A stretch of 64,000 nucleotides of DNA from Octopus bimaculoides (Eukaryota): positions 54,826,095 through 54,890,094 of the forward strand of contig NC_068984.1 in NCBI RefSeq assembly GCF_001194135.2. Direction: 5' to 3'. The position numbers and the translations under genes are program-made. Numbering within the stretch: position 1 is the first letter of the stretch; the number at the start of each line of letters is the position of its first letter. The notes under the pieces were generated by a model. That model was given only the letters and a program-made list of their open reading frames with translations. It had not been told where the DNA came from and made no database searches. Positions 49,446 to 64,000 of the stretch are shown here, one piece after another.

Positions 49446-50978
49446 TAATGAAACGACGAAACGTATACTGAATGTAAAAACGAATGGGAGACAAACAGAA
49501 AGTCCATAATTCTTCATCAGTTATCGACTAATGGTATTGTTCAGTCTCGCACCTTTAACTACAAGACAGTGCCTTCCATTTGGTGCTGCCTGCAAAAAAC
49601 AGTTTTCTTACATAAAATTAGGGACAAGAGCAAAACAAAACAAGCAAACGAAACTGTGATTTAGGACGGTGGACGAAGAAAAGTAGTCGAACAAAATACT
49701 GCCTTGCGGGCAGGAGACAAGATTAATAAGTAACGCTTCGGAAATGTTTTGAAGGATGGAGAACGGAGAGACAGAATTTGCGAGAGACCAGTCTAAGAAA
49801 GGAAGAAAAAGATGAACTGACCGCTGTTCACTTGACAGCAGCAGGCAGAGGAGAAAGACAGCAGGGAGAGGGAGAGGGAGCGACAGAGGAAAGAAGGGTT
49901 AAGTGGATGAAGGGGTTCGAGAAAGGCTAGGAATAAAAGAGGGAGAGAGAAAGGAAGTTAGTAAAAAGGCTAGAAGAGAAGTGACAGTGAGAGAAAGAAA
50001 AGGGGAAAGGATGAAGAAGAAAAAATTGCGACAGGTCAGCTTAGGGATCACTCTAAGAAAGGAAGAAAAATAACATGGAAAAAATATATAAATAGTTACC
50101 AGGATAGCAAAAATTCACATAAGTGTCAAGGATATTATAAAGGGAGAAATTCCAGGGTGAGTGAAATATATTTTTATAACATAAGAAATGGAGTCAAACG
50201 CAGGTATTACTGAAATCATTTATACTTACAACATACATACATACATACATACATACATACATACATACANNNNNNNNNNNNNNNNNNNNNNNNNNNNNNN
50301 NNNNNNNNNNNNNNNNNNNNNNNNNNNNNNNNNNNNNNNNNNNNNNNNNNNNNNNNNNNNNNNNNNNNNNNNNNNNNNNNNNNNNNNNNNNNNNNTATAT
50401 ATACATACATACATACATACACACACGCACGCACACATATAACGGTTGATACATATACACGCCTGTGTACCTACATTTATGTGTCCATTCAATAGAGCAA
50501 ACTTTTGCTCACATTTCACTACCGTGTTATTCGGTCAAATTATTTTGTCGCGAAGCTAAATCATTTCGGGCAACTGCGTCACGAAGCCTCTCGCCAAATA
50601 GTTTCAGCTTCACTCATAACAATTCCACTTAATGATGATGGTTCTAAAATCAGACAGATTCCATCTTCAATGAAGCTATTGACTGGAATAGATTTAATTA
50701 AGTAAGAACACTACACGTTCTGGGATATTTCACTGGAGCTATTTATGTTTCAGCAAATTTTCTCAGTTGTTACACAGGAAATCTGATGACTCGCCTATGA
50801 ATAGAGATGTAGGAAACAACTTTGTATTATGGCTTTCATTCGTAGAAGAGGAAAGGAATTCCCTTTTAAACAGTGTATCAACACACCCAAACGCACACAT
50901 GAATACACTCTTACACGTACGTAAATAAGACTACATCTGTCCATCATATTTTTCTCTATGTTGGAAGCATAAATGATT

Positions 50979-51013
<35 letters not shown>

Positions 51014-51191
51014 AAGAGGGAGAGAGAGTGAGTATTATGTGTATATTTGTGTATGTGTTAATTTTGCTAACTCACGCATACGTATACACATCTATATGTT
51101 TGGATGTACAAAACTAAAGAAAAATGTAGTCATTGCAAGTAGTCGATATCGTCACTGGTTTCTTAATTCGTTCTGGTATTACAAGTTCTTC

Positions 51192-51410
51192 GATGCGGCC
51201 AGCTGGCAGAATATTTAGCATGCCCGACAAAATACTCAGCGGTATTTCGTATGTCTTTACGTTCTGAGTTCAAATCCGCCAAGGTCGACTTTGCCTTTCA
51301 TCCTTGAGGGGTCGATAAAATAAGTACTAGTGGAGTACTGGATTCGATGTAATCGACTTACCCCCTTCCGCCCCTCGAAATTGCTGATCTTGTGCTAAAA
51401 TTTGAAGTCA
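51192..51410 (+). mobile_element. tRNA-derived SINE (major family)
   Basis: Full head, core and tail. Confidence 0.9.
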
Positions 51411-52474
51411 TTAGTACAAGTACTTCAAGGCGACAAGAGCAATTTTAGAATTCTAAACGTTCTCAGGATTCGTTTGTCTAAATGGTTGCTGGTCAAATAT
51501 CGCAGCTTGACAAAACAATACTTTTTTAATTATTTGTCGGTGATGCTTAGTCCCAGATTAAGTCCGATTATGTAAAATTATAGTCAAAACCATTTCGTCT
51601 GTGACCATCAGGTATTTTCTCAGGTAATAGGTACCTCTACCTAAATTTTCCGATTGATTTTGCTTGAAAAACGGTGTGGTAAGTTTTGAGGGGGACTTGA
51701 TTCTCATTTCTAGTAACTTAATCGAGTGGATAAATGCATCTTCGTCTGTTTATCAAGGTTGTATTAACAGAAGTTAATTCATTCTGCCAGTTATTTTTCA
51801 GTCCAAAGTGAGCCCTCATCAGACAGAGCAATGGTGAATGGCATTCTATAAAGTCTGTCCTATTCGAAGACAATGCATTTTAGATTATACTCTCCAAGTA
51901 CCTTTTCAGTTGTAGTGTGAATTGTGGAAAATTTGGTCGTTATTTCTCGGAGATAAAACTACCACAAAGATATAGCAGTGGTAATATGCCCTCTGTAATC
52001 AGAAAGATGTTTCTTTCCCTAAAAATATTTTTCTCGTGTTTTCCCTTTGGCATTCACTCTCGTAAAACTTTGAAAATATCAAAAACCTACATGAAAATAT
52101 TGTTCTCCCCAGTCTCGTAAACAATGCACTTCTGCTTGTTGTTAAATAAATCGTTGTAGCTAAATTACAGAACGGCTTGAACGGCTTGTCAACGGACTTT
52201 TATCAGCCCATATATGGCCACGTTCTCCTGTATTTTTCTGACCATACAAACTATCAATAATGTTAGATTTCTCTTGTTCCTCGCAACAAACAAAATTATT
52301 TAACGTTATGAACATTTTGTACTCACCAGTATATGCATATCATGACAATAACATGAAACCATATAACTTTGATGCTAAGTAAACGTGATAACCATACCTA
52401 TTTTAACTGAATTAAAACGTAAATCTTTGAACTAAGATTTAGCAGCAAAATCTAAGTGTTTGTTTTATCGCCTC

Positions 52475-52590
52475 CGAAAGGGACGAAAGTCGACCGCAGT
52501 GTAGTTTAAATACGGAGAGTAAAGACGGACGAAATGTCGCTAAGCATTTTGCTCAACGTGCTGACGACTCTGCCAGCTCGATGTTTCATC
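52475..52590 (-). mobile_element. Partial major-family SINE
   Basis: AAAGTCGACC...GACGGACGAAATG..GCTAAGCATTTTG. Confidence 0.75.
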
Positions 52591-53399
52591 TAAGTCCTTT
52601 AATATTAGTAAGTTACACTTATTATCTAACTTGATCTATTTTATAAAATACCTCTGTATAGGCAATAACTGAAATCAAATAAATCATATTAGATATTATA
52701 ATTACCAATTTGAGATGATGATCAGCATTCACGCATCTCACGTTAAATACTAAAATGCATTTTTCTGATACTTTTCACAATAAAAAATTATGAATACATG
52801 TATCACAGTAAACTATTTTCTTACAACTGTGTCTTCAGTAAGTGTAGCAAATTAAAATTCTGCGATGTAAACATGTAAAATGCTATAAAATAAAAATAAT
52901 TTCTGGAGACGTATTCGTAACTTAGTAACATTTATATAACTCTAATATATGTCCATTACATCGCCTTAAAATGTTTGTATTTGCATAAGAAACAATTATG
53001 GAAATTTTAGATCTTCAAGACGTGACATATATTGAAAGTAATCGTAACACAGCAACAACTCGTTTATATTCAATATTGGCCGCTAATTAAACAGGATTAA
53101 CTTTGCTTTCTCCACTCCCTTTGAAGCTACGGGCAAGTTTGACAAGACGAAAGACTCAGGACAGCAAGTCAAGTAAACACGAATTATCAATTCAATTTGA
53201 CACAATAACAACTGTTACTACAGCAGCTAGCTGAAATTGTTGACCCATCTTGCATTCATTGTTGTTAATAATCTTCGACATGTATTCCAGCTTTGTTTTA
53301 TATCACATAGCTGTTATGAAAAAACGGCATTAAGGAAAGTAATACCTGGGTAGTTCCAACAATATGACATAAATTTAAAGGTTCAATATTCAGAAATGC

Positions 53400-53590
53400 A
53401 AAGGCGACAAGCTGGAAGAATCGTCAGCATGCTGAGCAAAATCTTTAGCGGCATCTCGTCCGTCTTTACATTCTCAGTTCAAATTCCACCGAGGTGGATA
53501 AAATTAATATTAGTTTGGTAGTGGGATCGATGTTATAGACTTATTCCCTTACCCCTAAATTGCTGGCCTTGTGCCAAAATTGGAATTCTA
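53400..53590 (+). mobile_element. Major-family SINE (core deletion)
   Basis: AAGGCGACAAGCTGG head, GTTCAAATTCC, tail GGCCTTGTGCCAAAATT. Confidence 0.8.
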
Positions 53591-53599
53591 AATTCTGTA

Positions 53600-53740
53600 A
53601 AGGACTAACAATTTTTTTAGGGTAGATGTTAATCGATTACATTGTCCTCAGTACTTGATTAGTATTTTATTTTATCGAGGCCCTGATTGGTAACAGACAA
53701 AGTCGACTTCGATGGATTTCGAACTCAGAAGATTAAAACA
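53600..53740 (-). mobile_element. Partial major-family SINE
   Basis: CAAAGTCGACTTCGATGGATTTCGAACTCAGAA. Confidence 0.7.
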
Positions 53741-54578
53741 CTAAACTAAATACAAGGGTACATTCCACCCACACAAACTTCTAATGCTCTCCCAGTGATG
53801 TCACGTTCCACAGTCATGATAAAGAATTCTAACTGGAGAAATATCCAAGTTTTCGGTGGTGGTTTGTGCTTTTAACTCAATTTAATGGAGAGCAATACTT
53901 TTATGGACTTTGGAAGGACAACATGTAAATCTGTTCTTGAACCCAAAACATGAAATGAATTGACTAAATAGCGCAGGGTTTTAAATCAAGACATTAAAGG
54001 GAAGAGGCTTTGTCTCTTAAATTGACACTGAAACTTGACTGTTACATCATTTTATCGAGTTCCACGGGTGGGATAACAAGCAAATTCGACTTCGGCGTAT
54101 TTTGAACGCAGTACATAAAAATAACCAACCAGATATTACGACATAGTCTTTCTTCCCTCCCGATTCTCTGCTACAATCCAGGTCTTATCTTTAGTAATAA
54201 AGAAGTCTAACAGGAAAGTATCCAAGTTTTGGTGGTGTTCTATTGCTATGTAAATTCAATCGATTGCGATGCTTTTATAGATCCCAGAAGGACAAGAAAG
54301 CAGATTTGAGCTTAGCGCTATTTGGACTCAAATTAAAATGAAGTGACAAACTACCGCATTTGAAGGAGACGTTAAATCTATTACATGGGTGCCAGTACAT
54401 GACTGGTATATTACTTTATCGAACTCGGAAGAATGAAAGGTAGATATGAAACAGGTAGAATTTGAAGTCAAGTCTTAGAGAGACGGGCTTCTGATAGAGG
54501 ACAACGAAACTTAAAGGACCAAATAAAACTGTTTTAAATAATACTGTCAGAAATCCCAGTATATATGTATGTGTATAT

Positions 54579-54659
<81 letters not shown>

Positions 54660-57277
54660 CACATATGTATTTCATATTTCAAAATTAAGATTATCTTTCT
54701 CACTCACTAAAAACTGAAATTACATTCCTGTGCTATAGCTTCGAAAATTTCATTTTATTTTTCTTGCTCTTTAGTACTAAATGAGGTCTGATCGAGCAGG
54801 GTTGTAGGTAAAATTATTTAGCCTTGACAACTTTTGTATTCAAGAACAACGAACTTATTCTACATTATTCAATGTAACCATTTATTTTTCCGATAGGTTG
54901 TAAATTTAGAATCTTCTGACTTATTTCTAGGAGGCCGATCGAGCGATGACGTACAAACTCCAAAGTTGGGTTGCGTTTAATTACATTGTGAAAACTGCCA
55001 TTAATGACTACAAAATCTTTCCGTTATTCTGAATATTTGGTTCTATCTTGGCAAGATAACTGCTCTAATTTGCCAAAATTATGATATGTAAACGAATATT
55101 TAATCATCAATCCGCTCTTATGCACTCTTGAGATTCGGAAATGGTAGGTGATTATTCAACCAGCGATCAATTGCCTCAAGTTCGTACATTCCACTATAAT
55201 ATGGTCAAAATCATGTATCTGCCAGTAAGGTTCATATTGTAACGTCTATTATTATACAACCGATATCACACTAGATACTACGTTGTGTGTCTATTGTCAG
55301 AAGTTCAAACGGCTACTACGTTGCAATACCTATTGTCAGATATTAACATTGATATTTATCTCCGCTTAAACGTGGATGTTCTGTTATAACAAATTATACT
55401 TCGGCAGTTATCGTGAGAAAAACTCACTTATTTGTGCAAAATGGACTCTTGCTTCTATCACTAACGGGAAAACAAATCCTCGCTAGTTATATAAGTAAGG
55501 TTGCACAAAAACTCAGTATGATAGTTTCCCTCATGCTAACCACCGCAGTATAGTTTAAGCGGGGATAAATATTACCTCTCGGTAATAAATGTTTTTTTAC
55601 AAGATCACATAAATACTATGTTGTGATATCTGATTTCGGGTATTACAGAGGTTGTGAGCCTTTTCTTAGATATCTCAGAAGAGATATCTCAGATACCTAT
55701 TTTCAGATGATCAATATACAAATAGTTGTTCACTCGACCTGCTAGAAAATATTGCCAGATCTCTTTCATACAATACTGGTTTATATATCACACAATACTG
55801 ATTTATAAGGAAGGACACGACACACTGATCAATAAAATAAATAGCAGTTGAGCACTGGAGTCGATGTAACCGACTTAAACCCTCACCTGGAATTGCTGGC
55901 CTTGTGTCAAAAATTGAAACCCATATATTTAGCTGAATTGAATTTGTTTTACATTGTATGAAATATCCAGGATTTTTCTCTAGATGATTACCTTGCTATA
56001 GTTTCTGTAATTTTAGTATACCATTATGACAATATATGCCCTAATGCACTAGTTTTTTTTAATAACCTCTCTTGGATAAAATGCTTTTAATTAGTTGAAC
56101 TTATTTTCTACTACTATATTCATGCATTGTGTATTGTATTTGTGCATAACTTATTGTGCAAGTAAAGTTCTAGTAATTTATCAATTATATATTTGACCCC
56201 TGCATAAAAAGAGAAGTATTGAAGGTGTAATATCTGATAGAAATCTCTTCATTATCAATAAATCATACCATAGATATCACGGCTCAAATCTTTGTTCCAT
56301 TGTTTATCAAATTGCAAGGCACTAATTTACTAAATCAACGCAGTAAGCAGCAAGAAATTCAACAAAGAATAATGAAGGAAATAACTGGTTGGGCCGGATT
56401 TAGACATAGTGAGACTTTTGGGCCAGTAGGCTTTAGGCTCCCTCCCTATGGTTTTTCATACGTAACTCTTAATTATTTAGATATAAACAACAAAAATGTG
56501 TATTACAGAAGCAGATCAAAATACAACGAACATATACAATTTCATATCAATTTTGTGCTTTCCTTAAAGAATTTTTGAATATTCTGTAAAAATTAATGTT
56601 TACCAGCACTTGTATAAACTTCAGGCATGTTGACGCTTCCTTGTTCATTTGTTCAGATAATGCAATGCTGTTCACTGCCCTCTTTTATATCAGAAGAAAC
56701 CATATTCAAATATAAAATACAATTCCATTAAATCTAAGGGACCCAGACAGTTTGAAGAGGCTTCAAAACTTAAAAGGGCCTTGTTAGATTAAGAGGGACT
56801 CAAATTTAATGATCTTTTAAAAAACTAACAAAGCGCAATAAATAAAAAGAGTTCCAATTTTAAACGAACTTTGTTGGGTTATAAAATAAAAAATAACTAA
56901 TCAAGTGAATGAATTTATTTGTTTACAAACATATTTTTCAATTTTTAACTCGAAGCTTTAGGCTTCTGTGTGTAAAATGGACCCCAATATTGGACCACAC
57001 CTATAAGCGTGAGAGTCCCTGGGTCATGGCTCGTATTGGATCATACATAAATCTGGTTCTGATGAAAAGATATTACACTGTACCACAAGAATGAGTTGTG
57101 GTATTTCTACAGGTATTGCTATTTTATAACGAATAGCAGGAACATTATTACTGGCGAATTCAGTAGTTAGCAGTACTGGCCTCAGACCTAATTTAGCGTT
57201 AAAAATAGCACACTTGACTATATCTTAGTATAGAATACACTTAATCTGTAAGATTAACCACAATAAATTTTGGTTTA

Positions 57278-57492
57278 AATTTTGGCACAAGGTCAGCAAA
57301 TTCAGGGTGGGGTAGAGGGTAAATAAATTACATCGACCTCAGTGCTCAACAAGTACTAATTTTATCCACCTTGAAAGGATGAAAGGCAAAGTCGACGTCG
57401 GTGGAATCTGAACTCAGATTATGAAGACAGACGAAATACCGCTTAGCATTTTGCCCTGAGTGCTAACGATTTCGCTAGCACGCCGTCTTATT
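57278..57492 (-). mobile_element. Major-family SINE
   Basis: Complete reverse-complement copy. Confidence 0.9.
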
Positions 57493-57661
57493 AATCAGAA
57501 TAAATATTGTAATTTCAGAAAACAAGGCAATGGCTGTCTGGATTCATCACGTAGAAGCACTTCCGCATGCACACACTCACATAAATATACACACACACAC
57601 ACGCACAAACTCACATTCGCTCTCTCACTCTCTCACTCACACACATGCGCACGCTCGTATG

Positions 57662-57698
<37 letters not shown>

Positions 57699-58026
57699 TT
57701 CTGGAAGAAGTGTAGAGAATTCAATTCATTCAAGTCAGAGTAATATTATTACACAGTGTTTACAGGATGAATATCCTGCTACCTTCAGTTTCATCAGCTA
57801 AATAACGTGATAATGCTTTGCACTTAACATATCACTCACGTATTATTTATTTACCATCGTCCCATTATTTTATACACACTATTTTCGCTATATGTCCAAG
57901 TGCCTGCGGTACATAGAATAATGTGATGCAAGGGAGAAAACTCATTGATAATTTGTCTCTATTCTTTCTCCACATGCATTTCTGAGTGCAAGTATTTTTA
58001 CATTGTCATCATCATCGTCGTCGTCA

Positions 58027-58057
<31 letters not shown>

Positions 58058-58992
58058 GGTGGTAGCGGCAGTAGTAGTAGTGGTAGTAGTAGTAGTCTTA
58101 ACGTTCACTTTTCTATGCTTGCAATGGTCAAACAATCCTGAGAAATAATTTTGAAGACGGATTTTCTTCCTTCCGCCAAGCTTTGCCTTTCCAAGGAACT
58201 CAATGTTTCCCTTCNNNNNNNNNNNNNNNNNNNNNNNNNNNNNNNNNNNNNNNNNNNNNNNNNNNNNNNNNNNNNNNNNNNNNNNNNNNNNNNNNNNNNN
58301 NNNNNNNNNNNNNNNNNNNNNNNNNNNNNNNNNNNNNNNNNNNNNNNNNNNNNNNNNNNNNNNNNNNNNNNNNNNNNNNNNNNNNNNNNNNNNNNNNNNN
58401 NNNNNNNNNNNNNNNNNNNNNNNNNNNNNNNNATACATACACACACATATACATACACATACATATACATACACACACATATACATACACACACATATAC
58501 ATACACACACACGTATCTGTCTAACAAATTGCTACACGCGAGATTGGTCGCTACGAGGCTACAATAGCAGACACTTACCTAAGGTGCTGTTCAGTGAGAT
58601 TGAACTTAAAATCACGTAGCTGTAAAGTGAAATTCTTAGCCACACCATCCGGGAAGTGTAAAAGGGCTAACTTACCTGCTGAGAATAACTGAGGGTTGTT
58701 ACGAATGTTCAGCAAATAATCTAAAACACTGACGCATTTTGCTTGTGTATGGTGTATCTCTGAACTTGTAAGCTTCGTTAGATTTGATGAGACGAGATGC
58801 AGTTAAAGGCATCGATTATATTGATACTCTAGACAATCGACCTACAACGATAGTTGTATAAGAATAAATGCACAGTGAGTCAAAGAAATCGGGAATACTC
58901 CGAAGTTCTGAGTTTTTTTTTTCTGAAGGTACGGGAGCTATTTTACCAAGATCGAGCTCGGGTTTTCCTTCTTTTAGTATTTCATATTAAAA

Positions 58993-59203
58993 AAGCGGCG
59001 AGCAGGCAGAATCGTCAGCACGCCGGGAAATACTTAACGATATTTCATCTGTCTTTACGTTCTGAATCCAAATTCAGCCGGGGTCGACTTTGCCCTTCAT
59101 GCTTTCGAAGTTGCTGAAATAATTATAAGATGAGCATTGGGATAGATGTAATTGACTTACTACCCCACTCGAACTTGTTGGCCTTGAGACAAAATTTGAA
59201 ACC
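58993..59203 (+). mobile_element. Major-family SINE
   Basis: AAGCGGCGAGCAGGCAGAATCG head through TTTGAAACC tail. Confidence 0.85.
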
Positions 59204-60222
59204 AAACATGTCCTTTTGAAGGATAAGAGTGGAGATTGAGTAAGATAGGAGCAGTTGCAAAGGAAGTTGAACTAAGCAGCTGAGGAGCAGGCTGAAAGGT
59301 GAGAGAGAGTGGAATCTGGACCCCAGGAAGACATATGCATTGTGTGTGTATGAGAATACAACTAACAGATTAGGATTACTGATGGAGAACACAGTGAACA
59401 AAGGTTAGGTATGACAGCATAAAATAAAGCTACAACTCATTGTTTCCAGTGTAATAGAAATTCAGAGTCTTGGTTTCAGAGGTGGTGGAACCGAAGATGG
59501 CAGGTTTGGTGGGATTAGTGCGTGTAGATAATTGAGTTAGATTATTTCTCGCACATATTGTCAAAAAATTCATTGTGACAATTGTAGAGGCTCTCTTTAA
59601 GTCCAAACCTAAATTTGCAGGTTAATGTCTCACTGAAACATTTACACGTTTTTCTCATGCTTGTAGTTATATTCTGTTCCTAACATTACTTTGAAGTGAA
59701 ACAGTCTACAGAAGGCAACCAACATAAATGTTGGTTTCAAATTTTGGCACAAGGCCAGTTATTTGTGGGTAAAAGGGTAAACCGATCAACTCGTCCCCAA
59801 TGTTGAAGTGATACTTATTTTACCGATACAGAAAAGGGTCAAAGGCAAAGTTGGCCTTGATGGGCCCAACACAAATTATAACTTGAGTTTTTATGTGACA
59901 GTAGTAAAGTTGTGGTTGATTTCTTGTAAGCCAAAACAATTATTCAGATTGAAGTCTGCTTGGAATATTTCAAATCAAAAAGTCACACACGCACATACAT
60001 ACACATGCACACACTCGCACACGCACGCACACACGCACTGACACAAAACAATTACTGCAGCAACATAGTTTATAAAGCAGGAACAATTTATAGACTAAGG
60101 GAGGCTACTTTTATAGCATCGATTTAAAATACGCTTCAGCAGAATCATTTCAGTAATGTATATCGGATTCCGATTACATCCATGTAGCATTTACATATAC
60201 ATACATACATACATACATACAT

Positions 60223-60333
<111 letters not shown>

Positions 60334-60463
60334 CACAGAATATGTAAGATAAATATACATATGCATTATCTTTTACTTGCTTCATTCACAAGGCTTTGGT
60401 CGAACCACTTGCTTGGAAAGCAAATTTCGTACCATACACCCACACCTGCACTGCACCTACAAA

Positions 60464-60504
<41 letters not shown>

Positions 60505-60507
60505 GTT

Positions 60508-60550
<43 letters not shown>

Positions 60551-60572
60551 GTGTGCTTAAACACACACACAC

Positions 60573-60612
<40 letters not shown>

Positions 60613-61916
60613 CAATTACAGATTAAATAAGCCTCATTAAGGAAGGGATAATAATATCCAATGAACTTACTGCTTTCCTTATTTTGAATATTAGCTTTAA
60701 TACTCAAAAATAGGTAATTAAATAAACCGAGGTTTATATTTATTTAAGAAAAATAAGAAAATAGAGGTAAAGTAATCGATAATTATATTCATTAATTACA
60801 AGACTAGACATAATCCCTGACAGCAGTTTCGATTCAGACTTTGAAAATTAATAAAAATAGTTAAATCATTATGAAGTTGAATTTCATCGGAGGTAGAAAA
60901 AAGATATACCATTACATTTTTATATTTTTATGTGTTAAGCGAATGGAGCACTTAGGCTGACTGAGTATTGTTTTATAGAAAAATTTGGTATAAACCTTAT
61001 AAAGGAGGGGAAAGTAGTATATTTAGAGAAGTAAATATAAAGAAATAATGTAATATGCTTTGGGTAAACATCAAAAGTATAAAGAAAAGTAACATATAGT
61101 AATAAGCTGTATATTTAAGTATCAAATTAATATAAGTGTATATATTTATAAAAAATTTAGTAATATAATATATTCTTGGTAATCATTAAAAAGTATAAAA
61201 ATAAGCTATATATAGTAAATAACCTTGTATTTCAGTATCATATTATTATTAGGGTAAATATATTCATAAAAATTTAAGTAAGAAGGGTAAATAAATTTAA
61301 AAAATAAATGTGTAGAGTGATAAGTAAAAATACCAATATTTTTGAATGCATATATGAATATGAATACGTTAAAATATTTATACGTATAAAAATACATGGA
61401 AATAAATAAAAATAAAATAAAGAATAAAAAATAAATGAGCAGGGAATTAATCACATCTTGCGCATATACCTACATATATTTATACGCTCATACATAATAA
61501 ATAGATGTTAATATCTGTGAAGAAATCGCATGCAAATAATTATATAAATATACAAGTACTTAATACACATATACAAGAACTTATATGTATATATATTTGT
61601 GCAAAAATATGTTACTACTTAGATTCACACTCAACTGTTTACTTATGTTCAAATAGGGTTCAATGAAAATAAAAATACAAACACAAATACATAGTGAATA
61701 AGTAAATAAATAAAAATGTACTTATCATACGTATTTATCTACATTAGTAAAGAAAAACTATGGCGCACCTAAATCTATTTTGCAATAATCAAATCAGTAA
61801 AAGAGAGTACATTGGTCATAGTTTAAAAGTAAGTAACGTTCCATTTATCTAACTATCATTAACGGTAATATAATATGTAATAAATGAATAATAAATAAAG
61901 AAATAAAGAAATAAAT

Positions 61917-61973
<57 letters not shown>

Positions 61974-63412
61974 CAGACAGACAGAATGAAAGAATATACA
62001 AAACAGAGATAATATGCTATATTTATAAATAAAGGAGAAAGGAAAAAATCGTATATCAAAGAAAAAAATGTTATAATTATTTTACGATTTAAGGGATAAA
62101 ATGCTCCTGTGTGCAATTTATAATATAATAGATAAATAAAGGAAGAAACAAAATAAGAGCAGAGTTCATATGTTATTTGTATAAATAAAAGAGTAAGGAA
62201 ACATGCCGTATATTAAAGAAATTCAAAAAAAAAAATTAAGTGTAGGCGATGACATGCTTAAGTGTGCAAAATATTGTGGTCAAGGGGAAGTAACTATAGG
62301 TATTTATTTTTATCCAGGGAATAATAAAAGTATAGAAAAATTATTGCAGATGAAAACGTTTATTTTTTTTTTTTTGAATATAAAAGTTTGAAAAATAAAT
62401 ATATATACATATATTAGCTTAATAAATAAATAAAACAAATAGAAAAGCTGGATAATTAATATTAGTTAAATAATTATATAATGGGGGTAGAAGAAAGGGT
62501 CAATATTAATATTGTCTAAAGTAGGGAGAAAGAAATTTATAAATTATTTTATCGTTTTTGGAGTACTTTTCACGCTTCGAATTACACGCAAGCCATTCCC
62601 CTTCTTAGATGAAAAACCTATTGCAGTAGATGAAATATACTTACAGCAATGCGATATGCAATATTCAAAAGAAAATAGTTATTATTTATATGTTTAGCAC
62701 TATGTATTAAAGTGGCGGTTACAATACTAAATTTCAAGCAAAACAAAAGCAAGCAAATAAATGGATCAATCCACGATTATTCTTTTAAAATTTAATATTG
62801 GGTAACAGTATTACATCGACGAAAGAAATTTGGCAACTTATAACCATGGGAGATTACTCTTGCATTTCAGTTATTAAAGTTGTTTCCCATAAGAGCAAAG
62901 CTTTATATTTTAAATAGTTATTTGGGAGGGTTTAATTTTAACACGAAACATTGTGGTTTCAGGTAATTTATTATTGAATTTATGATTGCGATTTTTTCTA
63001 GGAAATTTTGGTATCATCCAATTTCAAATTAAAAGTTGTCTGCTCCTTGTGGTAGAATTTTAAAGCAACAAAGTTTATGTTGATAACAACTCTCTTGCTC
63101 AAAAAGAGATCTGCCGCAGTGGACTGGTGTATCACAAGCTGTAATTAAAAGTGTTGAGGCTTTTTAAAAATAACAGATGGTTTATTTAAAATCAATACTA
63201 ATGCATGATTAATATTCATACGTGTCACTCCAAATTATCAGGAAGTATAAAACTTTGAGGACTGCTGCTTTTCAGAATGCAATGTACAGTTATCCAATAA
63301 AGAATGATGACAAAGATCTTAATATATTTGTATTCATGTATGCGAATGAGACAACTGAAAAGTAGTTGCGAACGGATATACGTCCAGTGAGATAATAATA
63401 TGCAAGCTCTTC

Positions 63413-63629
63413 AAGGCGGCGAGCTGGCAGAAACGTTAGCACTCCGGGAGAAATGCTTAGCGGTATTTCGTCTGCCGTTACGTTCTGAGTTCAAATTCTG
63501 CCGAGGTCGACTTTGCCTTTCATCCTTTCGGGGTCGATAAATTAACTACCACTTGCATACTTGGGTCGATCTAATCGACTGGCACCCTCTCTAGTAATTT
63601 TGGGCTTTGTGCTTAGAGTAGAAAAGAAT
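63413..63629 (+). mobile_element. Major-family SINE, well preserved (dimer unit 1)
   Basis: AAGGCGGCGAGCTGGCAGAAACGTTAGCAC...GTTCTGAGTTCAAATTC...GTAGAAAAGAAT. Confidence 0.9.
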
Positions 63630-63642
63630 ATGCAAGTTCTTC

Positions 63643-63844
63643 AAGGCAGCAAGCTTACAGAAACGTTAGCACGCAGAGGTATTTTGTCTGTCTTTAAGTT
63701 CTGAGTTTAAATTCCGCCGAGGTCGACTTTGCCTTTTATCCTTTCGGGGTGGATAAATTAAGTACTAGTTGCGTACTGGGGTCGGTCTCATCGATTGTCC
63801 CCTCTCTCGAAATTTAGGGCCTTGTGCCTAGAGTAGAAAAGAAT
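63643..63844 (+). mobile_element. Major-family SINE (dimer unit 2)
   Basis: Second tandem copy starting 230 bp after unit 1. Confidence 0.9.
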
Positions 63845-64000
63845 ACCTGATTTATTTCTGAAAACGTAGACAAAATGCGAAACGAGAACATAAAAACAAA
63901 AACATACAAAACGAACTTTTTTTCGAACAACGAAAGAAACAAACAAACAGAGAAACGAGACAGGCAACATAAAGAACATTCCCTTCATCAGTTGTCCCCT

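Noticed and set aside
49058-49507. Host C2H2 zinc-finger gene
   Set aside because: There are no TGEKP linkers or splice sites, the Cys pairs are degenerate, and the upstream residues fit a LINE C-terminus. Kept as a TE feature.
60850-62700. Mitochondrial insertion (NUMT)
   Set aside because: No mitochondrial gene, rRNA or tRNA motif was recognisable.
63960-64000. Hammerhead ribozyme (minus strand CTGATGA; also 9535-9541, 12852 and 49515)
   Set aside because: No stem II plus GAAA partner is visible within the window. The 64-kb case is truncated by the window edge and cannot be evaluated.

Overview
Eukaryotic, AT-rich, microsatellite-saturated genomic DNA from a gapped short-read assembly (10 N-gaps, most flanked by simple repeats). 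The dominant tRNA-derived SINEs and the RTE, R4/Dong, Penelope, mariner and Helitron relics look like an octopod cephalopod genome (Octopus-like; recognised by eye, not database-checked). No intact conserved protein-coding gene, rRNA, true tRNA or CRISPR array is supported. Most long ORFs in the track are translations of microsatellites or N-runs. Host-gene signals are limited to three items. (1) A CpG island at ~1.0-1.45 kb with a candidate first coding exon on the minus strand. (2) A candidate terminal exon at 30715-31040 (-) encoding a signal-peptide end plus a six-Cys domain whose spacing echoes the CHH/ITP helical fold. (3) A 36-39 kb block of inverted duplications whose arms carry splice signals, ORF, stop and AATAAA (tail-to-tail pair) or end at splice donors (head-to-head pair). 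These may be a small lineage-specific peptide or lncRNA cluster able to form long dsRNA. All gene calls in (2) and (3) are hypotheses needing RNA evidence. Most element boundaries are approximate.
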